A DNA stretch of 32,000 nt from an uncultured Oscillibacter sp. Lineage in GTDB: Bacteria > Bacillota > Clostridia > Oscillospirales > Oscillospiraceae. Under the pieces are notes generated by a model. It made no database searches. It saw only the letters and a list, made by a program, of their open reading frames with translations, and was not told the DNA's origin. Each line of letters starts with the position of its first letter. Position 1 is the first letter of the stretch. Position numbers and translations under genes: made by a program. Below, piece after piece: positions 8,027 through 16,600 of this stretch. Location of the stretch: positions 107,151 to 139,150 of the forward strand of contig CAJTSM010000002.1 in the NCBI GenBank assembly GCA_910578935.1, in the 5' to 3' direction.

Positions 8027-8933
8027 AAAATTTCTCAATGACGTCCACCAGCTCCAAGCCGATGCGTTTCTGGGCCTCTTTGGTTCCCGCGCCGATATGG
8101 GGCGTACAGGAAACCGCCGGATGCCGCGCCAGGGCCCAGTTGGGGTCCTTCTCGCTGAGCCACACGTCCAGCCCCGCCGCCCGGACTTTCCCGGATTCCA
8201 GGGCCTCTAAAAGGGCCTCTTCATCCACGTTGCTGCCCCGGGAAACATTGACGATCACCACGCCGTCTTTCATTTTTTTCAGGGACTCCCGGTCCACCAG
8301 CGGTCTTTCCCCGCCGGGGGCGCAGAGGATCAGCACATCGGCCTCCGCCAGCAGTTCGTCCATGGAGACAAACCGCATGGTTTCGCACTCGCAGCCCTCC
8401 GGTTTGTTCCGGTGAACGGTGGAGAGGACATTCATCCCCAGGGCCTGGCATTTGGTCCCCACCATCTGCCCGATCCGGCCATAGCCAATGATTCCGGCGG
8501 TCTTGCCGGAGAGCTCGAACCCCTTGGAATAGGCCTTCTTCTCCCACTTGTTCTCCCGCATGGTGTAGCCCGCGATGGAGATATTCCGGGCGCAGGAGAA
8601 GAGGAGGGCCAAAGCCAGCTCGGCCACCGCGTTGGAAGAGGCCCGGGGTGTGTTTTTCACGGCGATGCCCGCCGCCTCCGCGTACTTGACGGCGATGTTG
8701 TCCACGCCGACGCCCGCCCGGACAATGAGCTTCAGACGGCTGCCCTTGGCGGCGTCGATCTGGGGCTCCCGGATCTTGGTGGCGGAGCGGATGATAACGG
8801 CGTCAAAATCCCGCAGGGCGGAGCCCAGGGCGTCGGGCTCATAGAACTGCTCCACCACCTCGCAGCCGTCCTTCCGTAGCCGCTCAATAGCGGACGCGTC
8901 CATTCCGTCGGTGACCAATACGCGCTTTAACAT
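8025..8933 (-). CDS. serA: D-3-phosphoglycerate dehydrogenase, short form lacking ACT domain (302 aa)
   Basis: D-isomer 2-hydroxyacid dehydrogenase motifs (GIIGYGRIGQ, VNVSRG, TPHIGA) and a position downstream of serC. The start is set at ATG 8933 (MLKRVLVTDG), preceded by AAAGGGG; the longer ORF-track N-terminus looks non-coding. Confidence 0.85.
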   Translation of the reverse strand: MLKRVLVTDGMDASAIERLRKDGCEVVEQFYEPDALGSALRDFDAVIIRSATKIREPQIDAAKGSRLKLIVRAGVGVDNIAVKYAEAAGIAVKNTPRASSNAVAELALALLFSCARNISIAGYTMRENKWEKKAYSKGFELSGKTAGIIGYGRIGQMVGTKCQALGMNVLSTVHRNKPEGCECETMRFVSMDELLAEADVLILCAPGGERPLVDRESLKKMKDGVVIVNVSRGSNVDEEALLEALESGKVRAAGLDVWLSEKDPNWALARHPAVSCTPHIGAGTKEAQKRIGLELVDVIEKF

Positions 8934-9162
8934 AGTTCGTACCCCTTTCTTTGTTGCAGCGCACCCCAGGGGCGCTGCCGTCGGCTTCCTCATACCCATT
9001 GGGGGACAGGTATGTCCGGCAACCCGGAAGGGGGTCCAGGGGCAAAGCCCCTGGTTTCTCCGCATGGCGGAAAAAGCAATTGAAATCATGTTTGCGGCGG
9101 CTCCAGTGACCGCTGTCACCGGAGAGGGGGGATCGAAAGGGGGGACGAAGTCCCCTCTTTCA

Positions 9163-10251
9163 TTAACTGTGCTCCGCCTCGTACTTTCTGAGGAACTCCA
9201 CCAGAGCCTCCACGCCCTCCTTGGGCATGGCGTTGTAGATGGACGCCCGGAGGCCGCCCACGCTCTTATGGCCCTTCAAATTGTCGAAGCCCGCCGCTTT
9301 ACTGGCCGCCACCACGTCGGCGTCCTGTTCCTTGCTGGGGGTGACGAAGGGCACGTTCATCAAGGAACGGTCCTCTTTCCGGACGGCGCCGGTAAAGAGC
9401 TTGCTCTGGTCCAGGAAATCGTAGAGAATCTTCGCCTTTTCCTCGTTGCGCTTGTGCATGGCCTCCAGGCCGCCGTTATCCAGGAGGTACTTAAAGACCT
9501 TGCCGCAGCAGTAGATCGCCCAGCAGTTGGGGGTGTTGTACAGGGAGTCGTTGTCCGCGTGGGTCTTGTAGCTCATATAGGTGGGCACGAATTTGGGCAG
9601 GTCGTCCCGGATGAGGTCCTCCCGGATGATGACAATGGCCATGCCCGCCGGACCCACGTTCTTCTGCACGCCGCCCCAGATCAGGCCGTACTTCGTCACG
9701 TCGCAGGGCCGGGAGAGGAACATGCTGGACTGGTCGGAAACCAGGACCTTTCCCTTGGTGTCCGGCAGCTGGAAGTAGGTGGTGCCGTTGATGGTTTCGT
9801 TCTCGCAGATATAGACATAGTCGGCGTTCTCCGGGATGTTCAGATCCGAGCAGTCGGGGATATAGGAGAAATTCTTGTCGGCGGAGGAGGCCACAATGTT
9901 CACCTCGCCGTATTTCTTTGCCTCAGCGATGGCCTTCTTGGACCACGCGCCGGTTTCCACATAGCACCCCAGGCCGTTTTTCATCAGGTTCATGGCCACC
10001 ATGGCGAACTGGACCGTGCCGCCGCCCTGAATGAAGAGGACCTTGTAGTTGTCGGGAATCCCCATGAGCCTGCGGAGGTCCGCCTCCGCCTCGTCCCGGA
10101 TCTGCTGAAACACCTTGGACCGGTGGCTCATCTCCATGACGCACATGCCGCTTTGGCGGTAGTTCATCATCTCGGCGGCGATCTCCTCCAGCACCGGCTC
10201 CGGCATCATAGCGGGTCCGGCGGAGAAATTGTAAGTGCGGCCGTATTTCAT
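9163..10251 (-). CDS. serC: phosphoserine aminotransferase
   Basis: 362 aa. YNFSAGPA N-terminus and overall SerC-like sequence (FIQGGGT, VSDQSS). GGAGGA precedes ATG 10251. Confidence 0.95.
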   Translation of the reverse strand: MKYGRTYNFSAGPAMMPEPVLEEIAAEMMNYRQSGMCVMEMSHRSKVFQQIRDEAEADLRRLMGIPDNYKVLFIQGGGTVQFAMVAMNLMKNGLGCYVETGAWSKKAIAEAKKYGEVNIVASSADKNFSYIPDCSDLNIPENADYVYICENETINGTTYFQLPDTKGKVLVSDQSSMFLSRPCDVTKYGLIWGGVQKNVGPAGMAIVIIREDLIRDDLPKFVPTYMSYKTHADNDSLYNTPNCWAIYCCGKVFKYLLDNGGLEAMHKRNEEKAKILYDFLDQSKLFTGAVRKEDRSLMNVPFVTPSKEQDADVVAASKAAGFDNLKGHKSVGGLRASIYNAMPKEGVEALVEFLRKYEAEHS

Positions 10252-10314
10252 AGCGCGTTCCTCCGTTCAATTTTTCACAAATTCCGCCCCTTGCGGGGGC
10301 GCTTTCCTGTCCAT

Positions 10315-10343
10315 AGTATACAGGATTTTTTTGTCGGAATCAA
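10315..10343 (-). promoter_or_regulatory. serC promoter TTGATT-N17-TATACT
   Basis: Minus strand: TTGATT (10343-10338), 17-nt spacer, TATACT (10320-10315), about 60 nt upstream of the serC ATG. Confidence 0.55.
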
Positions 10344-10575
10344 CTGTCTTCCTAAATTTTCTATCAAAAGGTAAACCTTTCTTTTCCTTCGCACAGTCCC
10401 GCCGGCAGATTATTTTGTGGGAGCGGGCCTCCGGCCGCCCTTGGCGGCTTGCCGTTTAGAGCTGCGGCGTCCCTCCTTGCGGGGAGGTGTCCGCCCTTCC
10501 ACGGGAAATGCCGGCAGCCCGGGAAAAGGGCAGACACGCCGGTCCGGAGCGTGTCCAATGAGGACATTTGATCCT

Positions 10576-10654
10576 GTAGGGGCCGCCCCCTTGGGCGGCC
10601 CGATGCGCGGCCCAATCCTTGTACCGGCAGGCCGCCGGGGGCGGCGGCCCCTAC
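10576..10654. repeat. GC-rich palindromic extragenic element, GTAGGGGCCGCC ... GGCGGCCCCTAC outer arms
   Basis: 12-bp outer inverted repeat enclosing two inner GGCCGCC/GGCGGCC hairpins. An extra half-site CCGCCCCTAC lies at 10699-10708. Confidence 0.8.
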
Positions 10655-10708
10655 ACGATGGCCCGGTTATAAAATGCGCAACGGGACGCTCCCCCGGTCC
10701 GCCCCTAC

Positions 10709-10737
10709 TTGCATTCCACGGAGAAACCCTGTATACT
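10709..10737 (+). promoter_or_regulatory. promoter TTGCAT-N17-TATACT upstream of the CLC gene
   Basis: TTGCAT at 10709-10714, 17-nt spacer, TATACT at 10732-10737. This implies a 5' leader of about 215 nt before ATG 10959. Confidence 0.5.
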
Positions 10738-10958
10738 GTGTTAAGAACGTGTTAAGGAAACGCTAATTCCATCAACGTGTACGGAATACCAGCCAAATTT
10801 TTTGTCCGGCAAGGCAAAATACCGCAGGAATCCGGACGGATTTCAAGATTTTTTTAACCCAGGCCAGGCAGAAAATTGGGCGGCAGGACGTACGCGGGGA
10901 TTTATTCGGTGCTTCCTTAAGAAACCCCGCCCCGGCGGGAAAGCGGCGGAGGAAAGAA

Positions 10959-12284
10959 ATGACCTTGGAAGACATGAAGCGGGACCTCCGGTCCCGGTGG
11001 GAGCTGACGGCGCTGTATGCCCGGGCTCTGGGGAAGTGGCTGCTGCTGGCCACGGCGGCGGGAGTTTCCTGCGGCTTGGTGGGAACGCTGTTCCACACGG
11101 CGGTGGAATGCGTGACGGAGCTCCGGGGGGAGTTCCCTTGGCTGTTGTATTTTCTGCCCCTGGCGGGCCTCCTCATCGTGGGGCTTTACAAACTCCTGGG
11201 TACGGAGGGCCAGGGTACCAACGACATTTTCAACGAAGTCCACACAGGGGGAGGCATCTCCATCCTGCTGGTGCCCGCCATCTTCCTGGGAACGGTGCTG
11301 ACCCATCTTTGCGGCGGTTCCGCCGGACGGGAGGGAGCGGCCCTCCAAATGGGCGGCTCCTTGGGCTATCGGGTGGGGAGGCTCTTCGGCTTTGACGAAC
11401 AGGACCTCCGCATCGCCACCACCACGGGTATGGCGGCCTTTTTCGCCGCTCTTTTCGGCACACCCCTGGCGGCGGCGGTGTTCTCCATCGCCGTGGTCAG
11501 TGTGGACGCCTTCTATCACGCCGCCTTTTTCCCCGCCCTGATCGGCGCCCTGGAGGCCTATGGCGTCTCCCGCCTGCTGGGAGTGGAACCCACCCATTTT
11601 GCGGTGGAGGTCCCGGGGCCGGCGGCGGGACTGCTGGTCCGGGCGGGGGCGCTGGCGGGGCTGTGCGGGCTGCTCTCCGTGGTGTTCTCCGGGACCATCC
11701 GCCTGACGGAGCATCAGATGGCTAAGCGGATTCCAAATCCCTGGGTCCGGGCCTTCGCCGGAGGCTGCGCCGTCATTGCTTTGACCTGGCTTTGCGGAAC
11801 CAGGGACTACAACGGCGCAGGGATGGGGGTCATCGCCGCCGCCGTGGAAGACGGAACGGTTCAGCCCGCCGCCTTCCTGCTGAAAATCCTCTTTACCGCC
11901 GTCACCTTGGGCGCCGGGTTCAAGGGCGGGGAAGTGGTGCCCTCCTTTTTCGTGGGGGCGGCCTTCGGCTGTGCGGCGGGGCCGCTGCTGGGACTTCCGG
12001 CGGGCTTTGCCGCCGCGCTGGGGTTGGTGTCCGTGTTCTGCGGGGCGACGAACTGTCCTCTGGCCTCCATCGCTTTGGCGATTGAGCTCTTCGGCAGTGA
12101 GGGACTGCCGTACTTCTCCCTGGCCTGCTGCGTCAGTTACGTCCTCTCCGGCTACGGGGGGCTGTACTCCAGCCAGACCATTCTGCACTCCAAGCTGAAA
12201 GGGCGCTATATCAACGTACATACCAACGACCAGGCCGTGGAGCGCACCGCCGCCGCCCAGGCGGAGGCCGAAGCCCTGAAATAG
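10959..12284 (+). CDS. CLC-family anion channel / H+ antiporter, possibly fluoride-type (CLC-F-like)
   Basis: 441 aa polytopic protein with GGSAGREGA (11325-11339 encodes GREGA) and GGEVVP (11925-11942). GGAGGA lies 5 nt before the ATG. Confidence 0.85.
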   Translation: MTLEDMKRDLRSRWELTALYARALGKWLLLATAAGVSCGLVGTLFHTAVECVTELRGEFPWLLYFLPLAGLLIVGLYKLLGTEGQGTNDIFNEVHTGGGISILLVPAIFLGTVLTHLCGGSAGREGAALQMGGSLGYRVGRLFGFDEQDLRIATTTGMAAFFAALFGTPLAAAVFSIAVVSVDAFYHAAFFPALIGALEAYGVSRLLGVEPTHFAVEVPGPAAGLLVRAGALAGLCGLLSVVFSGTIRLTEHQMAKRIPNPWVRAFAGGCAVIALTWLCGTRDYNGAGMGVIAAAVEDGTVQPAAFLLKILFTAVTLGAGFKGGEVVPSFFVGAAFGCAAGPLLGLPAGFAAALGLVSVFCGATNCPLASIALAIELFGSEGLPYFSLACCVSYVLSGYGGLYSSQTILHSKLKGRYINVHTNDQAVERTAAAQAEAEALK

Positions 12285-12353
12285 GCCGCATAAAACGCGC
12301 CCCCTGCGGCATACTGTCGTCAACCGACATTTGCCACGGGAGGCGTTTTTTTC

Positions 12354-13073
12354 ATGACTCAACTTCTGCAAGACACCGGCATGACGGTCCTGACCACCCT
12401 GCTGTCTATCCTGGTCCTGTTTCTCCTCACCAAGCTGATGGGCGCCAAACAGGTGTCCCAGATGACCATGTTCGACTATGTGGTGGGCATTACCATCGGC
12501 TCCGTTGCCGCGGAGCTGGCCACGGAGCTGGAGGCGCCCCACAAACCCCTCGCCGCCATCATCGTCTACGGAGTGGTGGCCACGGGCATCTCCCTGCTCA
12601 CCAGCAGGTCCCTGAAGGCCCGGGCCCTCCTCACCGGGAAACCTCTGATTCTCTTGGAGGACGGGGTCATTTACCGGGAGAATCTGAAAAAGGCCCGGCT
12701 GGATCTGAACGAATTTCTGACCTACTGCCGCATTGGCGGCTGGTTCGACCTCAGCCAGCTTCAGACTGCGGTCTTTGAGCACAACGGCACCGTCAGTTTC
12801 CTGCCCAAGGAGGCGGACCGCCCCGCCACTCCGGCGGACCTGAACAAAAATCCCGCCCAGTCCCAGGTCCAGACCCCCTTCGTCATGGACGGAAAGCTCC
12901 TCAGCGGAAACCTCCGCCAGTCCGGAAAAGAGGACGAATGGGTCCGCCGCGCCCTTCTCCGGCAGGGCTACCGGGACGAAGGGGAAGTCTTTCTGGCCCT
13001 CTGGGACGGGGGAGAGGGACTGACCGTCTTCCCCATGGACCCCAGGCGAAGAACCGGTGCGGTGCAGCCGTAA
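12354..13073 (+). CDS. DUF421 (YetF-like) membrane protein
   Basis: N-terminal TM region with LMGAKQVSQMTMFDYVVGITIGSVAAE and a C-terminal soluble domain, typical of the YetF/DUF421 family. No terminator lies between it and the CLC gene. Confidence 0.8.
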   Translation: MTQLLQDTGMTVLTTLLSILVLFLLTKLMGAKQVSQMTMFDYVVGITIGSVAAELATELEAPHKPLAAIIVYGVVATGISLLTSRSLKARALLTGKPLILLEDGVIYRENLKKARLDLNEFLTYCRIGGWFDLSQLQTAVFEHNGTVSFLPKEADRPATPADLNKNPAQSQVQTPFVMDGKLLSGNLRQSGKEDEWVRRALLRQGYRDEGEVFLALWDGGEGLTVFPMDPRRRTGAVQP

Positions 13074-13097
13074 GGGCGGACCTGCGCGTCCGTCCTT
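13071..13097. repeat. degenerate member of the GGGCGGAC hairpin subfamily
   Basis: TAAGGGCGGACCTGCGCGTCCGTCCTT overlaps the DUF421 stop codon. Compare with 17688-17718. Confidence 0.5.
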
Positions 13098-13187
13098 CTC
13101 CCGGAACCGTGGCTGCTCTCTATAGAAAAAGGCGGACACATAGATCCGCCTCTACAAGGCACCCCCTTGGCCAAAAGGCGGCTCCCG

Positions 13188-13223
13188 AAGAAATGGCCCG
13201 GTCCCCTGACCGGGCCATTTCTT
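13188..13223. terminator. 16-bp hairpin between DUF421 and the convergent HAD operon
   Basis: AAGAAATGGCCCGGTC-CCCT-GACCGGGCCATTTCTT. The core is shared with the hairpin at 4580-4601. Confidence 0.5.
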
Positions 13224-13313
13224 TAGTTCTCTCCAGGCTCAGGCCTTGTTTAAACGTTGGCGAAATGCCGGATTGAGGCGGATCTTTTGTCGGGCGCGGT
13301 TCTAAAACAGGCT

Positions 13314-13970
13314 CTAGTGCGCCAGAATAAACCTCTCCAGCTCCTCCGGGGTTTTCACCACGGCCACCGCCCCGGCTTCCTCCAGTTCTCCCGGCGGAGC
13401 GTAGCCGAAGAACTCCACCCCGGCGCAGTCCACGCCGCAGGCCCGGGCCCCCAGAACGTCAAATTTCCGATCCCCCACCATCAGCACTTGGGGAAGGTCC
13501 TCCCGCCGCAGCCCCAGCTGCCGCATCGCCTCCCGGACCACGTCCTCCTTCTCCCAGTCCCCGCGGGGCGGACTGCCCACCAGGGCGGAGAGGTGGGGCG
13601 TGAAGCCGAACCGGGCGCAGATGGAGACGCACAGGTTCTCCGGCTTGGAGGAGGCCAGGGCCAGCACATAGCCCTGTTCCTTCAAGCGGCCCATGACGGC
13701 CTCCATGCCCGGGGCCGCCCGGTTCTCGTACTGGCCCACGGGTTCGTAAACCTGGCGGAAACGCTCCACGGCCTCCGCCGCCTTTTCGGGGCTGTAGCCG
13801 CAGAAGCGGGTGAAGGAGTCCTGAAGGGGCGGACCGATGAAGCGGAGGAGGGTTTCCTCCTCCGGCACCGGGTCGCCGTAGCTCTCTATGGTTTCCCGGA
13901 CGCAGTGGACGATGCCCTCCCGGGAGTCCGTCAGGGTGCCGTCCAAGTCAAAGAGTATGTAGCGGTACAT
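13314..13970 (-). CDS. HAD-IA family hydrolase, phosphoglycolate-phosphatase-like
   Basis: The FDLDGTLTDS motif I, SSK motif and GDRKFD motif IV fit HAD phosphatases. Confidence 0.85.
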   Translation of the reverse strand: MYRYILFDLDGTLTDSREGIVHCVRETIESYGDPVPEEETLLRFIGPPLQDSFTRFCGYSPEKAAEAVERFRQVYEPVGQYENRAAPGMEAVMGRLKEQGYVLALASSKPENLCVSICARFGFTPHLSALVGSPPRGDWEKEDVVREAMRQLGLRREDLPQVLMVGDRKFDVLGARACGVDCAGVEFFGYAPPGELEEAGAVAVVKTPEELERFILAH

Positions 13971-13971
13971 A

Positions 13972-14595
13972 TCAGACCTCCCCGGGGAATTTGGGCATGA
14001 CGACGCCCCGGGCAGTCTTGTCCACTTCCAGGGACGCCCCTTCCAGCCGCCGGACCTCCGGCCACAGGGCCAGGAAATCCTCTACTCCGGCGACGTTTGG
14101 CAGGCCATAGGGAGCGTGGCGGTAGTGCATGGGGACGACACAGCCGGGGACCAAGGCTTGGCAGACGGCTTTGGCGTCCTTGGCGTCCACGGTGTACGTG
14201 CCGCCCACGGGGATCATTACAAGGTCCACCGGCCCAATGGCGGCAATCTGCTCCCTTGAAAGCTGGTGTCCCAGATCCCCCATATGCGCCACGGTCACCC
14301 CGCCCGCCGAAAGAATGTGAACGGTGTTGTTTCCCCGGAGGGCCCCGCCCTGGCCGTCGTGGAAGGTTTCCACGGTGCGGACGGCGAAGGGGCAGGGGCC
14401 GTCAAAGGGGACCAGCTCCGCCTGATCTGCGGCGTTGTGGTCAAAGTGGCCGTGGCTGCACAGGATCTTGTGGACCCGAAGCGCTTGCTCCTTCAGGGGC
14501 GGGTAACCCTCTACACCGGTGTAAGGGTCCAATAAAATCCGATAGCCGTCCTGTTCCGCCAAAAAACAGGCGTGGCCCAGCCAGGTGAGTTTCAT
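13972..14595 (-). CDS. MBL-fold metallo-hydrolase (207 aa)
   Basis: MKLTWLGHACF..., ILCSHGHFDH and HMGDLGH motifs. The start is set at ATG 14595, preceded by AAGGAGGA. The stop lies 1 nt before the HAD gene start, implying an operon. Confidence 0.85.
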   Translation of the reverse strand: MKLTWLGHACFLAEQDGYRILLDPYTGVEGYPPLKEQALRVHKILCSHGHFDHNAADQAELVPFDGPCPFAVRTVETFHDGQGGALRGNNTVHILSAGGVTVAHMGDLGHQLSREQIAAIGPVDLVMIPVGGTYTVDAKDAKAVCQALVPGCVVPMHYRHAPYGLPNVAGVEDFLALWPEVRRLEGASLEVDKTARGVVMPKFPGEV

Positions 14596-14620
14596 ATCAA
14601 CATCCTCCTTATGGAAATTT

Positions 14621-14651
14621 GAAAAACGGGGGCGGACATCCGTCCGCCCCC
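14621..14651 (-). terminator. intrinsic terminator after the DUF4349 gene
   Basis: Minus strand: GGGGGCGGAC-GGAT-GTCCGCCCCC followed by GTTTTTC. It lies only about 30 nt before the MBL gene ATG. Confidence 0.55.
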
Positions 14652-14659
14652 TCAGTATA

Positions 14660-15700
14660 TCAGTCTTTCGGCTGTTTGTCATCCGGGTTTTTCGGTTCTT
14701 CCCCCCTCTGCTTGAAAAAGCGGTTTTCTCCCATCTTGGGCCCGCGGAAAGATTCCGCCCTCTGGGCCTGCCTCCGCTTGGAAACCTTCACTACCAGCAG
14801 GAGGATCAGCGCCAGAATCAAAATCCACGTCCAGTTATAGGCCAGGAAAATGGCCACGTCCTGGAGGAAGTCTCCGAAGCCATGGAGCCCGTCCGCGAAG
14901 GCGTTTCCAAGGCGGCTTCCAAAGGTGGGCGGGGCCTCCTCCACCGTGGTGAGGCGCAGTACCTCCCGCAGGCGGACGTCGATGGTGGCGAAGTCCACCA
15001 GGGAGTCGTAGTGCCGGAGGGACCCGGTGAGCTGCTCGATCTGGTATTCCGTCTCGCTGATGGCGTTTTCCAGGTCAATGATGTCCTCCATATGTTCCGC
15101 TTTGGCAAGCAGCGTCTGGAGCCGCTCCATCTTGGTCCTCTGGGTTTCCAGGCGGCTCTCCGTGTCGTAGTACATCTCGCTGATGTTGTCTGCGTTCCGG
15201 CTCTGGCTGGTGACGTGGCTGATCTCCCCCACGGTCTTCAAAAAGCCCCGGAACTCCTTGGCGGGGACCCGGACGGTGTAGCTGGCGCTGCGGCTGCCGT
15301 CGCCGTAGCTGTCGGCGGAGGCGTATTCCAGATATCCTCCCAGCTTGTCCACCAGGTCCTCCAGGGCGGCGGTGCAGGCGTCGTAGTCCTGGGTTTCCGC
15401 CTCGATCTCGGCGGTGTAGACCATCTTGGCGTTGGCCAGCCGGTCCTCGGTCTGGCTTTCACCCTCCTCTGGAGCCGCCGACGGCTCCTCGGGGGCCTCG
15501 GCGTCCGCCGGGGCGTCGAAGCCGAAGTCCATCATCTCGGATTTCCAGTTCTCTCCGCCGCCGGTGTCATAGGACGTCTGGCTCTCGCTGGCGGCGGGGG
15601 CGCTGTCGGTTCCTCCGCTGTAGCCGTCGCCTCCTCCGCAGCCGGTGAGGGTCAGGGCCGCCAGCAGGGCGGCCAGGAATAAGGCAAGTCTTCGTTTCAT
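14660..15700 (-). CDS. DUF4349-like lipoprotein with C-terminal TM anchor
   Basis: The start at ATG 15700 (MKRRLALFLAALLAALTLTGC, a lipobox) is preceded by AAGGAGGA. It has an acidic low-complexity linker, a coiled-coil-like core and a C-terminal TM helix, the DUF4349 architecture as I recall it. Confidence 0.75.
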   Translation of the reverse strand: MKRRLALFLAALLAALTLTGCGGGDGYSGGTDSAPAASESQTSYDTGGGENWKSEMMDFGFDAPADAEAPEEPSAAPEEGESQTEDRLANAKMVYTAEIEAETQDYDACTAALEDLVDKLGGYLEYASADSYGDGSRSASYTVRVPAKEFRGFLKTVGEISHVTSQSRNADNISEMYYDTESRLETQRTKMERLQTLLAKAEHMEDIIDLENAISETEYQIEQLTGSLRHYDSLVDFATIDVRLREVLRLTTVEEAPPTFGSRLGNAFADGLHGFGDFLQDVAIFLAYNWTWILILALILLLVVKVSKRRQAQRAESFRGPKMGENRFFKQRGEEPKNPDDKQPKD

Positions 15701-15910
15701 CCTCAGATCCTCCTTTTTCCGCCCCGTCTTCCCTGCGGGGCTGTTACTCATATAGACGGCGTTTCCGGGGGAAAGGTTCCGTGGACTTCCATATTTTTTA
15801 GGGACTGTTTACATCAGAAAACTGTGCAGGTGCTCCAGCGGATTTTCGCCGGACGCACGGCAAACATTTTTAAGGAAGCACTGATTCCATTTCAATCAAC
15901 GTGTAAGGCT

Positions 15911-16540
15911 CTAATCAAACAGGGTTTCCCAGGTTTCCGCCCTGTGCGCGTCGAAGCACATGCGGACCTGTTCTTCCGTGTTTTTCTCCTCCGCCAGGGG
16001 CGGCAGATCCTCCGGAGAAAAGTATCCGCTGGCGGTGGTTTCGGTATTCGGCCGGAATTCCCCGCCCACGGCGGCGCAGAGAACAAAAATCTTGCACACC
16101 TTCCAAGCGTAGACAGGCCGGTTGTGTTTCTCCCGGTCCTGGACGGCGATGACCCTCTGCGGGATCACCTCCAGCCCTGCCTCCTCCCGGACCTCCTTGG
16201 CCGCGTTTTCCAGCACGGAGACATTTACATCCACCCAGCCCCCGGGCAGGGACCATTTTCCGCTGTTCTCCCGGACCAAAAGAATCTTCCCCTCCCGAAA
16301 GACGGCGGCCCGAGTGTCCAGCTTGGGGGTCTGGTAACCGGTTTCGCAGCAGAAAAGACCCTTCACTGTCTCCAAAGGCAAAGCCGCCTTCCAGGCCAGC
16401 ATCTCGGCGGAAATGTCCCGGATTCGCTGATACCGCTCGATGTCAAAGGGGTCTTTTCCATAGTGCAGCCCCGCCTGGGACAGGGCCTGGAGCTCCACCG
16501 CCCAATCCAGCCAGGGGGATGTCCGGTCCTCTTTTCTCAC
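15911..16540 (-). CDS. NUDIX hydrolase with N-terminal Nudix_N-type domain
   Basis: Nudix box GGWVDVNVSVLENAAKEVREEAGLEV. GTG start at 16540, preceded by AAAGGAGAA. Confidence 0.88.
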   Translation of the reverse strand: MRKEDRTSPWLDWAVELQALSQAGLHYGKDPFDIERYQRIRDISAEMLAWKAALPLETVKGLFCCETGYQTPKLDTRAAVFREGKILLVRENSGKWSLPGGWVDVNVSVLENAAKEVREEAGLEVIPQRVIAVQDREKHNRPVYAWKVCKIFVLCAAVGGEFRPNTETTASGYFSPEDLPPLAEEKNTEEQVRMCFDAHRAETWETLFD

Positions 16541-16600
16541 AATCTCTTCTCCTTTTTGCTAAAAACAGGGCCCCGTCCCCGGAGCCCTGTTCGGTCCATA

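Noticed and set aside
7930-8028. 32-aa ORF (MFPFLFYLQLSKIARGFDRRNAPRPGWAGCVF) on the orphan plus-strand transcript, considered as a type I toxin candidate.
   Set aside because: No Shine-Dalgarno sequence precedes the ATG. Only the first 10 residues or so are hydrophobic. The frame runs straight through the terminator hairpin and stops in its T-tract, so it looks incidental.
10364-10755. ORFs 10364-10615 (-) and 10417-10755 (+) in the serC/CLC intergenic region.
   Set aside because: Both are made almost entirely of the palindromic GC-rich repeat elements. They give Arg/Pro/Gly-rich translations with no SD.
10738-10958. Fluoride (crcB-motif) riboswitch in front of the CLC-F-like gene.
   Set aside because: I searched by eye on the plus strand for the conserved GAUG...AACCGCC...CUGAUGAU core and found no match. 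The leader remains unexplained rather than assigned.
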